A DNA stretch of 28,958 nucleotides from a virus (IMGVR_UViG_3300043173_000258:1-28958), one strand, 5' to 3'. Positions 7,650-16,142 are shown, counted from the stretch's first letter. Program-made: numbers and translations. The notes: generated by a model from the letters alone, not told the origin.

Positions 7650-7930
7650 CAGGACGGTGGACGAGCGAGGCCCGGATGGGGGGCTTCGCTCGTTCGCGGT
7701 ACTGGGGGGTAGTGACGATGATCGACTTGGACACACAGGAGACGAACGACAAGTGCCAGGCGTGCCGGCGTAACGATGCGGCCATCCTGGACGACGCGGG
7801 AACCGCGTACTGCCCGCAGTGCTGGTTCGTGCGATGCGAGAGCGCCATCGGCGGGACTCGTACTCGGGCGCGACGCCCAGGCGAGGTGTACCTGAGCCTG
7901 GTGGTGACGGCGGGCATGGACGGTGGCTGA
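7646..7930 (+). CDS. zinc-ribbon protein (CQAC…YCPQC)
   Basis: ATGA overlap; alternative start ATG 7718. Confidence 0.6.
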   Translation: MTGRWTSEARMGGFARSRYWGVVTMIDLDTQETNDKCQACRRNDAAILDDAGTAYCPQCWFVRCESAIGGTRTRARRPGEVYLSLVVTAGMDGG

Positions 7931-8288
7931 CGTCGGACGCGTACGCTTCGTGTGCCTCCACTGCTTCGACGTCGTCGTGGTGGTCGGGGCACGCGACGCG
8001 TGTGCGACGAGAGAGGCGGCGACGCTCTGTCGAGCCTGCCAGCGCTCTGCGCTCCCACTCGATTGTTCCACAAATACTGTAATTGGCGAGAGCGCTCTCT
8101 CTGGCGTCTCTCGCGAGAACGAGCCTGCTGGGGCGGCGAGCGTAGCTGCCTCTCCCCGATCGGCTGATACGGGAGCACTCGCAGGCCGCTCATGGACAGA
8201 CTACCCCCGGCCTTGGGGCGTCTCAGGGCGCGACGAGCGAGAGGCGCGAGAGCCGGACGAGCGCGACGAGCGAGAGGAGACAGGATGA
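7923..8288 (+). CDS. hypothetical CxxC…CxxC protein with low-complexity tail
   Basis: CLHC…CRAC; stop overlaps the next ATG; the 3' half has atypical codons. Confidence 0.45.
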   Translation: MADVGRVRFVCLHCFDVVVVVGARDACATREAATLCRACQRSALPLDCSTNTVIGESALSGVSRENEPAGAASVAASPRSADTGALAGRSWTDYPRPWGVSGRDEREAREPDERDEREETG

Positions 8289-8599
8289 GAGCGTACCAGC
8301 GACGCGACGTCACGGTGATCAAACTCGTGACGGTAGTAGAGAGAGCGAAGGAGGCGTGGGTGTTCGTCCAGCACGACTTCACGTACTGGGATGACGACCT
8401 CGCACAGTGGGCGTCGGACGGATACGAGCACGAGCTGGTGGCCGTGTTCGAGTCGATCGCCGAACTGTTCACACAGTGGGACGTCGAGGCTGAGTCCCTC
8501 TATGACGTGACCGTCCTGTTCGACGGTCAGGAGGAGCAAGCAACATGGCTGACGAAGAACACGCTACTGGAAGCGGACCCCGAGCACGTGATGGTCTGA
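8285..8599 (+). CDS. hypothetical acidic protein
   Basis: Start revised to 8285 with GAGGAG RBS. Confidence 0.7.
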   Translation: MRAYQRRDVTVIKLVTVVERAKEAWVFVQHDFTYWDDDLAQWASDGYEHELVAVFESIAELFTQWDVEAESLYDVTVLFDGQEEQATWLTKNTLLEADPEHVMV

Positions 8600-9207
8600 C
8601 CGAGCTCAAGCCGGGCGATCGCTCGTGTGGCTCGTGTCGCTTGTGCTGCAAGGTGCTCGCGATCACAGAGATCCGCGACGACCCCGGGCCTGGGTACGAG
8701 CCGGCCGGCGATCGCCACACGTTCAAGAAGCCCTCGGGCGACTGGTGCCAGTTCTGCAAGGCGTCCGAGGCCGGCGGGTGCTCCATCTACGAGGAGCGAC
8801 CACACAGCTGCGTCGTCTACCAGTGCGGGTGGCTCCAGGGTGTGGGCACGAACGACGAGCGCCCGGACAAGCTGAAGGTCGTGATCCAGATCGAGGACAC
8901 GGACGAGTACGGTGTGGTGGCCATCTTCTACGAGTCCTTCCCTGGCGTGATGAAGAAGTCGAAGCGTGCCCAGCGGATCTTCAGAGAGCTGTACGAGATG
9001 GAAGAGGTCAGCGGGTGCGCGATCATCCCGAGCCCGAGCCTGCCCAGGCGAATCATGCACAAGCGGTTCGGCGTCGAGAGCCACGTGCCTCTCAACGAGC
9101 AGTGGAAGGAAGGCGAGCTGCTGGTGGACGTCGAAGCCCAGACGGTGGGCGGAGTACCGATCGACGACACACAGCGTGACGAGTCGAGTGACGAAGAAAC
9201 CGAGTAG
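8545..9207 (+). CDS. YkgJ-like CxxCxxCC cysteine-cluster (Zn/Fe-chelating) protein
   Basis: CGSCRLCC…WCQFC…GCSIYEERPHSC…YQCGWL; GAGGAG RBS. Confidence 0.8.
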   Translation: MADEEHATGSGPRARDGLTELKPGDRSCGSCRLCCKVLAITEIRDDPGPGYEPAGDRHTFKKPSGDWCQFCKASEAGGCSIYEERPHSCVVYQCGWLQGVGTNDERPDKLKVVIQIEDTDEYGVVAIFYESFPGVMKKSKRAQRIFRELYEMEEVSGCAIIPSPSLPRRIMHKRFGVESHVPLNEQWKEGELLVDVEAQTVGGVPIDDTQRDESSDEETE

Positions 9208-9230
9208 ACTAACGAGAAGGAGATAGGCAG

Positions 9231-9449
9231 ATGAGCAAGATGAAGCCCGAGGACGCTCTGGTGATCACACAGAGCGATCCCACGAACTACAGGATCGTGA
9301 AGCGACCTGATGGCAAGCTCGCGCTTGACAATCGGAACAACGCAGGCGACCAGCGCATCCTGCGTCGTCCCTTCGAGGACACGGACAAGGTCGTGGCCCA
9401 TTGGTTCAGAGCCGCGTCAGCAGCCGTGGCAGAGGGGGAGTCCTGGTGA
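9231..9449 (+). CDS. hypothetical protein
   Basis: GAAGGAG RBS; 72 aa. Confidence 0.7.
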   Translation: MSKMKPEDALVITQSDPTNYRIVKRPDGKLALDNRNNAGDQRILRRPFEDTDKVVAHWFRAASAAVAEGESW

Positions 9450-9688
9450 CCGCACAAGAGGATCTGGAAGCGTGGCTGGACCTGCCCGATCGAGAGATGT
9501 GTGTCAAGGCCAGGCAGGTACTGAACTCGCACGTCCTGCACGTCGTGTGGGACAAGGAGGAGAACGCGATCGGGATGATGACGACGTGCGACGACCAGAC
9601 GGAGCTACTGGAGCTGGTCGAATGGGTCGCGAAGCGAATCCGTAGCGGCGAGCACGTCGCGAGTCGCGAGGAGGTCAGGCTGGTATGA
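9446..9688 (+). CDS. hypothetical protein
   Basis: GTG 9446 coupled to the upstream TGA; GGGGAG RBS. Confidence 0.7.
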   Translation: MTAQEDLEAWLDLPDREMCVKARQVLNSHVLHVVWDKEENAIGMMTTCDDQTELLELVEWVAKRIRSGEHVASREEVRLV

Positions 9689-10029
9689 CGACGACTGGAG
9701 ACCTCGAGCCACACAGGCCCACCTACATGCGATCGTCTGGCACGCCCGATAGCCAGACGTGCTTTGAGTGCGGGACACCGTGGCCGTGCGAGATCGTTCG
9801 CGCCGCTTCAGCGCCGGAGCCGTTCTGCCAAGCGTGCGGTCAGTCGTGGACGACGCACGGACGGGTGACGCACGAGACCACGGCGGCCGTGTTCTATCGC
9901 TGCCGGTGCGGGTCGTACTACCGCTTTGGCAAAGCGAGCTACGAGGTCGTCCAGTCGGTGGGCGATCACGTCTCGCGAAAGCCGATCGCGAGAACACACA
10001 CACACACACGAGGTAGGCGCTCAGGGTGA
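9685..10029 (+). CDS. double zinc-finger-like protein
   Basis: H…CFECGTPWPC and CQAC…CRCG; ATGA overlap; (AC)8 near the 3' end. Confidence 0.7.
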   Translation: MTTTGDLEPHRPTYMRSSGTPDSQTCFECGTPWPCEIVRAASAPEPFCQACGQSWTTHGRVTHETTAAVFYRCRCGSYYRFGKASYEVVQSVGDHVSRKPIARTHTHTRGRRSG

Positions 10030-10186
10030 GCGGAAATCGGAAGTCACATCGAGCGGGATACGAGGTCGCCAGAGCCACGGTACTCGCCCCACTGGCCACG
10101 TCTCTTCGGAGCCCTCTAGCCGACACGCGCGACTGCGGAGCCCCGACACCCTGGGCGCTGAGCGTTCACACACGAAAGGAGAACGG

Positions 10187-10399
10187 ATGGAGATCAAGAC
10201 ATACTGGCGACTGGTTGTGCAGATCGAGAAGGTGACCGAGCACGACAGCGGCAAGGCGGAGCTGCGCGGGATCGCAGTCGAGCCGGGTCGCACGATCCTC
10301 GCCATCTCGACAGTCGAGCCGGGCGAGGGCTGGCAGCGCTACATCAGGCTGATCAAGGAAGTGGACACGAGCAAGAAGGGAACGGGGATTCAGGAATAG
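10187..10399 (+). CDS. hypothetical protein
   Basis: CACACAC-GAAAGGAGAACGG-ATG leader. Confidence 0.75.
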   Translation: MEIKTYWRLVVQIEKVTEHDSGKAELRGIAVEPGRTILAISTVEPGEGWQRYIRLIKEVDTSKKGTGIQE

Positions 10400-10430
10400 C
10401 GACGACACACACACAGAAGGAGACGAACGG

Positions 10431-10703
10431 ATGGCACCGAAGGCACCGCTAGCACCACTGCACGTGAGCACGTACCCGAGTCTGGACGAAGTCGATCGGG
10501 CGTCGCGCACACGTATCGCGTACTGGATGCGATACCTCGCGAGCCCTGGCCTGGACGCGGCCGGCAAACCCAACTTCGCGGACGTCACGGCGATGGAGTC
10601 CGCGACGATGGACCTCATCTCCGAGCGACACACACACCTGGGCGGCTGGCAGCCACGGCTGTCGAAGGACGTGGACAGGCTTCACGAGAAGGAGCGGACA
10701 TGA
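10431..10703 (+). CDS. hypothetical protein
   Basis: (AC)n-AGAAGGAG leader. Confidence 0.75.
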   Translation: MAPKAPLAPLHVSTYPSLDEVDRASRTRIAYWMRYLASPGLDAAGKPNFADVTAMESATMDLISERHTHLGGWQPRLSKDVDRLHEKERT

Positions 10704-11047
10704 TGAAGATGGTGGTCAGGGCGAAAGGCGAGACGCGCCTGCTGCTCGGGCTGACGCGTGAGAACGTCGACCGCATGATGGCCGGCGAGCCTGTGCTCGT
10801 GAAGCTCGCTGATCTGGGGCTCGCGTTCGCACGCCCACCTGGGCCCGGCGAAGTGCTGTTCGAGATGGAGGCCGGCGTGATCGCGATCGACTACGGGAAC
10901 ACGCTGGCTGAGCTTCAGACGCGCTGGGGGCTGGCCGCAGCGGCTGTTCGCACAACGGACGGAGGAGACCAACGAATTGACGAAGCTGAAGCGTCGCGCC
11001 TCACGCCCGCCGGAGACGACGGGGGAGGCGACGATGGACCTGGATGA
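10700..11047 (+). CDS. hypothetical protein (LLGLTRENVDRMMAGEPV)
   Basis: AAGGAG RBS and ATGA overlap. Confidence 0.75.
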   Translation: MMKMVVRAKGETRLLLGLTRENVDRMMAGEPVLVKLADLGLAFARPPGPGEVLFEMEAGVIAIDYGNTLAELQTRWGLAAAAVRTTDGGDQRIDEAEASRLTPAGDDGGGDDGPG

Positions 11048-11240
11048 GAAGCAGCACCACGCGGTTCGGATATTCAATCAGCTACGCGTGGTGACGAAGC
11101 TGATGGACGAGGGCGTCAAGAACGGACTGGTAATAGAGCTGCCCGTGTGGGAGCAAATCGTGGACCATCGCGTTCCCGCTACTCGCGAGGTCAAGCTCAC
11201 AGACTTCCGTATCTACATCAACCCGCTGGAGGACGTGTGA
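11034..11240 (+). CDS. hypothetical protein
   Basis: GGAGG-CGACG-ATG at 11034. Confidence 0.65.
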   Translation: MDLDEKQHHAVRIFNQLRVVTKLMDEGVKNGLVIELPVWEQIVDHRVPATREVKLTDFRIYINPLEDV

Positions 11241-11467
11241 TGACGCTACGCGAATGGCTCGGAGTCGTAGAGCTGGGTGTGGTCTCGATCACGATGGGAT
11301 GGTTCTGGTGGAGTGTGCGACGCGACCGGAAGCGCACGGCGCGAAAGATCGAAGAGATGGACGTCGCGCTTGACGTCGAGCTAGCGAAGATCACGAAGGA
11401 GCTGGACGAGAAGTATCGGCTGAGACGAGAAGGTGCTGCGCCAGGCGCAGCGAGGAGGCTGCACTGA
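11240..11467 (+). CDS. single-TM protein with coiled-coil tail
   Basis: WLGVVELGVVSITMGWFWW hydrophobic segment; TGATG coupling. Confidence 0.65.
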   Translation: MTLREWLGVVELGVVSITMGWFWWSVRRDRKRTARKIEEMDVALDVELAKITKELDEKYRLRREGAAPGAARRLH

Positions 11468-11733
11468 TGTCGAAGCGAGAGCGAACGGAAGAGGAGCTGC
11501 ACAGGCTGGAGACTGTCGCCCAGCGTGTGGGTGGCCTGATCGGTGGCGCGATCGACTCGGGCGACTCGGGCGCGCTGTTCGCGCTCCTGATGTTCACGCC
11601 AGGCGAAGAGGGCTGGATGACATGGGTGTCGAACGCAGAGCGACCGGACATGGTCAAGGCGCTGCGCGAGATGGCCGACAAGCTCGAGGCTGGGCTGGAC
11701 ATGCCGCCGGGATCGTCACACAGGAAGCACTGA
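11467..11733 (+). CDS. hypothetical protein (FALLMF…WVSNAERPDMVKALRE)
   Basis: GAGGAGG RBS and TGATG coupling. Confidence 0.75.
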   Translation: MSKRERTEEELHRLETVAQRVGGLIGGAIDSGDSGALFALLMFTPGEEGWMTWVSNAERPDMVKALREMADKLEAGLDMPPGSSHRKH

Positions 11734-12312
11734 GTGGCACGACACTCGATCGCGTGGGAGCGCCCGCGACGTGACGTCCACTTTGAGTTCGCCCGTCTGG
11801 ACTACGCCGCAGAGTGGTCGCTGCTCGCTGTGTGCCAAGAGCCGATAGAGATCACGCTCGGGAGAGACCCGACCGAGCTGGTCGCGAACCCCATCTGCCA
11901 CTACCGCTTCCGCGTCTCGGACTACGAAGTCAGGCGCACAGGTAGCCCGATGTGGGGGGCAGAGGCGCTGATGTTCGAGAGGATGCGCGCCGAGTGGCCG
12001 GAGCCGAGCGAGGACCAGCGCATCCTGATGCTGTCGTACGGGCGCCTGTGGTCACGGATGTTCCGGTCGGAGCTTCCCGAGTCGATCGTTCGCCATCTAC
12101 TCGGGCTCGGCCTGCCCGTGATCGCGAGGGACGCACACGTCGCATCGGAGCGATTCCGCCAGCTGGGACGCGCGCTCGCCGATACACAACACACAATACG
12201 GCGAGCGATGGCCGTCCCGACCGAGTATCTTCTAAGAGATAGTGAAGCGATCGACAGACCGAAACCACTTGCCCCGCCGAGTCGCGGGCTCCCCATCTAC
12301 AAGCCGAGGTGA
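11734..12312 (+). CDS. hypothetical protein
   Basis: 192-aa ORF filling the operon; stop overlaps the next GTG. Confidence 0.6.
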   Translation: MARHSIAWERPRRDVHFEFARLDYAAEWSLLAVCQEPIEITLGRDPTELVANPICHYRFRVSDYEVRRTGSPMWGAEALMFERMRAEWPEPSEDQRILMLSYGRLWSRMFRSELPESIVRHLLGLGLPVIARDAHVASERFRQLGRALADTQHTIRRAMAVPTEYLLRDSEAIDRPKPLAPPSRGLPIYKPR

Positions 12313-12509
12313 AGCTGATGACGAGAAGGCCGAGAGTCCATCGCAAGGATGGCATCCTGAACAGGACTGTGTGTGGTCAGATGCTGGCACAGGTCTCAGC
12401 GTGGACCGACGAGGACGCTGACGCGACGTGCCTGAAGTGCGAGAAGGAGATCACGTTCAGGCGAGAGAGCGGGCTGTACCTGAAGAGGGAGAATCGACCT
12501 CATGCGTGA
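12309..12509 (+). CDS. small zinc-binding protein (H…CG…TCLKC)
   Basis: His/Cys ligand spacing; coupled start. Confidence 0.65.
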   Translation: MKLMTRRPRVHRKDGILNRTVCGQMLAQVSAWTDEDADATCLKCEKEITFRRESGLYLKRENRPHA

Positions 12510-12801
12510 AGCCGTACACGACGAAGATCCCCACCCTGGCGAAGCGCCGCACGTGATCACGGAGCTGTACGCGTTCGTGGCGATCGACCCAGCGTGTGGG
12601 TGCGAGGGGATCATGGCGATGGTCGATGAGCGTGGGAAGGGCTGGGTGCCGATGATCGGATCGGACCAGCGTCGCGTGGACACGCTCAGACCGATCGCGG
12701 ACGCGATCGCCAAGGGTGGCGGGATCACGTACCGCATCCTGAAGTTCACGCTGACCGGAGAGGAGGACCCATCGTGCGGCTCTATATCTGGACGCGCGTG
12801 A
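12502..12801 (+). CDS. hypothetical protein
   Basis: GGGAG RBS; 99 aa. Confidence 0.7.
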   Translation: MREAVHDEDPHPGEAPHVITELYAFVAIDPACGCEGIMAMVDERGKGWVPMIGSDQRRVDTLRPIADAIAKGGGITYRILKFTLTGEEDPSCGSISGRA

Positions 12802-13037
12802 CCGGGGTGCTGTACCCGAGAGATCGGAAGGACGTCGCGTGTGTGGTCGCCGTCGCGCGCTCCGTGCTCTCGGCCAGGGCCATGCTCCAGACGCGCGCCA
12901 ACGAGCTGAGATCGAGCGAGCGTGATCCCTGGGCGGCGCCGTCCCTGAAGGACATCGCGGACTACAGCACGAAGGTCGACGACACGAAGGAGCGTGTGTG
13001 GGTGTTCCCGAGAGCGACCGAGTATGGAGGCGACTGA
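12774..13037 (+). CDS. hypothetical protein
   Basis: GAGGAGG RBS before GTG. Confidence 0.6.
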   Translation: MRLYIWTRVTGVLYPRDRKDVACVVAVARSVLSARAMLQTRANELRSSERDPWAAPSLKDIADYSTKVDDTKERVWVFPRATEYGGD

Positions 13038-13431
13038 TGCCTGGCCGAGCTACGTCATCCTGGACCCGGAGATCGGGAACGGTCACGTGCCCGTGCCGTG
13101 CGAGCCAGACGAGTGGGCGCGCTGGTCCGAGGAGCACGCGAGCGATCGTCGCGTGGGCAAGGACATGGTCGGGACGGTCATGCTCTCGACGGTCTTCCTC
13201 GGGCTGGACCATAGCTTCGGCGCCGGTCCGCCGCTCTACTTTGAGACGATGGCCTTTGATGAGAGCGACGTGCGGACGAACACGATCGGTGATCGCAGCT
13301 ACACACACACCGCTACGGTCGATGACGTGTTCGAGCGCTACTCAACGTGGGAGGCTGCGGAGCTCGGTCACGCCGAGTGGCTTGCCAAGCTTCGCGAACG
13401 GATGGAGGTAGCTGCTGATGCTCCTGGGTGA
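13024..13431 (+). CDS. phage hypothetical protein (STVFLGLDH…PLYFETM motif)
   Basis: Motif recalled from phage hypothetical proteins; start uncertain. Confidence 0.7.
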   Translation: MEATDAWPSYVILDPEIGNGHVPVPCEPDEWARWSEEHASDRRVGKDMVGTVMLSTVFLGLDHSFGAGPPLYFETMAFDESDVRTNTIGDRSYTHTATVDDVFERYSTWEAAELGHAEWLAKLRERMEVAADAPG

Positions 13432-13855
13432 CCACAACTACGACTGCGGGTGCCGAGTCAGGTCCGGCGTGGACCCGGCGGACGGGCTCGACACGTCGCG
13501 ACTCTACACGTGCGAGCTACGAGACGCGTGTCCGAACGCACAGCTGTTCATCAGGACGGTCGAAGCGGCGGAGCGCGAAGCGGGTGGCGTCGTGCGTCGC
13601 TTCAAGACGATAGGCGAGAAGGTGCCGAGGGAGTGGCTCCCGCTCGTACCGGAGCACGACGACTCGGACCCGACGGGCCCACCGGAGCCGATCGACAAGC
13701 GGTTCCCGTGTGGGTGCTGGCTGAAGTGCGAACCGCCAACGGACGACGCGCCACCGCTGATGCTGTTCGTCGCGTGCAGGGAGTCGTGCGCGACTGCGCT
13801 CCAACACATCATGCTTCTCAAGTCGATCTGCGGCGACAACATGGAGGTGCTCTAA
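13418..13855 (+). CDS. protein with two CGC…C…C modules
   Basis: GGAGG RBS; YDCGC…C…C and FPCGC…C…C. Confidence 0.7.
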   Translation: MLLGDHNYDCGCRVRSGVDPADGLDTSRLYTCELRDACPNAQLFIRTVEAAEREAGGVVRRFKTIGEKVPREWLPLVPEHDDSDPTGPPEPIDKRFPCGCWLKCEPPTDDAPPLMLFVACRESCATALQHIMLLKSICGDNMEVL

Positions 13856-14061
13856 TGGAGATGCCGCCGCCTGACGTGAAGTTCGTGTGCGGGTGTGAGC
13901 TGAAGCTGGGATTTAACGAGGCGGGCGAGCGCACGGCGGTGTTCATCGCGTGCCCGGACCAGCTGGACTGCGAGGTGGTCCAGGAGTTCAAGGCACGTGC
14001 GGAAGAGAAGAAGAGACGCGACCCGAACACGAAGCTGATCGTAAAGGAGACGCAGCAGTGA
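13855..14061 (+). CDS. small protein with one CGC…C…C module
   Basis: GGAGG RBS, TAATG coupling; FVCGCELK…FIACPDQLDC. Confidence 0.7.
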   Translation: MEMPPPDVKFVCGCELKLGFNEAGERTAVFIACPDQLDCEVVQEFKARAEEKKRRDPNTKLIVKETQQ

Positions 14062-14540
14062 GCCGACGCTCACAAAAGAAAAGGGGTGAGAGGATGGGAA
14101 GGGGCAAGACGTCAGACGAGTACAAGGATGGTGTGCGACGTGACCTGATCAGGATGTTCGCGTTGGCTGAGCTGATGTTCGAGGACGAGCGCGACATGCG
14201 TACGTGGATCGGGAGCGGGTGCACGGTGAACCCGGAGACCGTCCTGCGCTGGCAGAACTACGCAGACCTGAAGGATCGTAACGCGAACCACCCAACCGGG
14301 GATGCACGCGACGCGGTCATCACACTCGGCCAGCTAATACGCGATGACATGCGCGCAAAGCTTCACGGCTGGGAGCCCCCGCAACGGCCCGAGCCAGTCG
14401 AGCCTGTGCAGCTGCAGATGCCGAACGCAGAGACAGTCGAGCTGACGGCCGTGCGTGCGCTGATGGACAAGCTGGAGCGCGACGACGTGCTCAAGGTGAT
14501 GACCCAGGTGGTAACGCGCCTGGGAGAGACGGAGGTGTGA
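14058..14540 (+). CDS. hypothetical protein, possible HTH (VNPETVLRWQ)
   Basis: AAGGAG RBS with GTG 14058 (alternative ATG 14094). Confidence 0.65.
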   Translation: MSRRSQKKRGERMGRGKTSDEYKDGVRRDLIRMFALAELMFEDERDMRTWIGSGCTVNPETVLRWQNYADLKDRNANHPTGDARDAVITLGQLIRDDMRAKLHGWEPPQRPEPVEPVQLQMPNAETVELTAVRALMDKLERDDVLKVMTQVVTRLGETEV

Positions 14541-14881
14541 TGGCATTCCCGCACAGCATGAGCCTGAACGTGCCGCCCGAGATCGCGAACCTGTCGCGAC
14601 GACTCGATGGCTTCGGAGTGCTGATCAGGCGAGCGCTCGACGAACACGCCAGCCAGATCAGGCAGGCACACCAAGCCCACAACGACCAGCTATTCCAGGG
14701 CCTGCAGTCCCACGCGACGAACCTCGCACGAGACGGCAGGGCGATGCTGGACAGGCTGGAGAAACTTCTGGACACACACGCCACGCGGCTCGAGGTGGCG
14801 ATGGACGTGGACGGGCGCCACGTCGAGTCGTACAAGCAAGGACAACGAGACGCCATCGACGGCGGGAAGGGAGGTGGCTGA
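14540..14881 (+). CDS. hypothetical helical protein
   Basis: GGAGG RBS and TGATG coupling. Confidence 0.7.
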   Translation: MAFPHSMSLNVPPEIANLSRRLDGFGVLIRRALDEHASQIRQAHQAHNDQLFQGLQSHATNLARDGRAMLDRLEKLLDTHATRLEVAMDVDGRHVESYKQGQRDAIDGGKGGG

Positions 14882-15330
14882 TGCCCTGCAGCGGCGAGCA
14901 CCTGAAGCCGACGGCATACGAGCGCGAGAGCCAGCACATGTGCCAGAACATCATCTACCTGTCGGGCGTCCTGCAGCTCCCCGTCGTGCACTGGGCGATC
15001 GACGGGGCTGAGTCCATCTACGGGACACAGGTGAAGCGTGACCACGTGTACGCCGCGCTCTGCTCGCTCTGCAAGAGAGCCGGCGACGACGTGATCTACA
15101 ACGGGCGCATCCAGGACGCGCGTCACGTCGCGAACTGGTGGGACGCACACAAGGCCGCTGACGAAGCGAAGGAGCGACGTCAGGAGGAGAGCGCGTACGC
15201 GCTGCGAGACCTGGCACACGCGTCTCACGAGCTGGCGGCGCTCATCTTCGCCGACGCCACGCGCGCCCAGCTCGCGCCACACATCGAGAAGGTCCGCAAC
15301 CTGATTCGCCAAGCGGAGGGGGGCGCGTGA
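14881..15330 (+). CDS. hypothetical protein (LCSLC…WWDAHKAADE)
   Basis: GGAGG RBS and TGATG coupling. Confidence 0.75.
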   Translation: MPCSGEHLKPTAYERESQHMCQNIIYLSGVLQLPVVHWAIDGAESIYGTQVKRDHVYAALCSLCKRAGDDVIYNGRIQDARHVANWWDAHKAADEAKERRQEESAYALRDLAHASHELAALIFADATRAQLAPHIEKVRNLIRQAEGGA

Positions 15331-15506
15331 GACACAAGTGGATCACCCCGCCGGCCATCATGACGGATCTGTTTCACCACGGGCGACGCAAGTGCGTCAA
15401 CTGTGGGGCGGAGCAGACGAAGGAAGTACAGCACCTCTGGATGAGGGTGACGGGCTATCGGTGGGAGCCGCTGGTCGGGAGATGCAAGCCGAAGGAGGGG
15501 ACATGA
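15327..15506 (+). CDS. small zinc-binding protein, 59 aa (HKW…CVNCG…C)
   Basis: GTGA and ATGA overlaps at both ends; missed by the track. Confidence 0.65.
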   Translation: MRHKWITPPAIMTDLFHHGRRKCVNCGAEQTKEVQHLWMRVTGYRWEPLVGRCKPKEGT

Positions 15507-15799
15507 GGCTCACGGATCTGAGCCGGCCCGTCGTGATCTACTGAGCGGTGGTGGTCCGGTTCGGTCGAACCGAAGAGGAGAAGAAGGCGCTGTGGGACCA
15601 GGGCTTCCTGCCCGTGTACTCGGTCGACACAGAGGACGAAGCGCGGGAGCTGCTGGCCTTCGCGTGTGAGACGAACAAGGGTGGTGACTTCGTGGCGCGC
15701 GAGCTGGCGGAGGCACAGGACCTGGAGAAGCTGTACGCGTTCGGGGACAGGCTCCGAATGATGCACGAGAGCATGAGGGAGAACGATGCGAAAGGCTGA
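15503..15799 (+). CDS. 98-codon gene with in-frame TGA at codon 14 (candidate selenoprotein, read-through or pseudogene)
   Basis: GAAGGAGG RBS and ATGA coupling; MRLTDLSRPVVIY*AVVVRFG… stays in frame; hairpin 15557-15572 follows the TGA. Confidence 0.55.
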
Positions 15800-16142
15800 A
15801 GACAAGCTGGTGGTGTTCCTGTACGTGCTCGCACGGGAGCACCTGCCGACCGGGAAGATCGAGCAGTTGCTAACGGACCACATCGAAGGCCACGACCTGG
15901 AGCCTGTGTTCAGCAGCCCACAGCTGGAGTCGCTCGCACGCGATTGGGAGCGGCGGCTGACGACGAACGGCGCGGACATGTTCTCGCTCGGGATGGCTAA
16001 GGGCCAAATCGAACGTCACCACGCCGAGCACAGGGACGAGGACGACGACTGCACAGGCGAGGGGTGCGACCAGTGCCGTGGCTACGCGATGGCGTACCAG
16101 CTACTGGGGGACCGGATACGAAAGGAGGTGGAGCCCTGGTGA
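15786..16142 (+). CDS. hypothetical protein
   Basis: GGGAG RBS; LVVFLYVLAREHLPTGKIE; Cys-rich tail. Confidence 0.7.
   Translation: MRKAEDKLVVFLYVLAREHLPTGKIEQLLTDHIEGHDLEPVFSSPQLESLARDWERRLTTNGADMFSLGMAKGQIERHHAEHRDEDDDCTGEGCDQCRGYAMAYQLLGDRIRKEVEPW

Noticed and set aside
10060-10130. c-di-GMP-I or cobalamin riboswitch
   Set aside because: Only a loose resemblance (GCCAGAGCCACGG); the GGCAAAC/GAAA and B12-box elements are missing.
334-10399. TAG stop-codon reassignment
   Set aside because: Many early genes end in TAG, but the stops are followed by spacers and new RBSs, and long genes have no internal TAG.
11731-11775. UGA read-through fusing 11467-11733 with 11734-12312
   Set aside because: The downstream GTG has its own AGGAAG RBS and only a weak, bulged hairpin follows.
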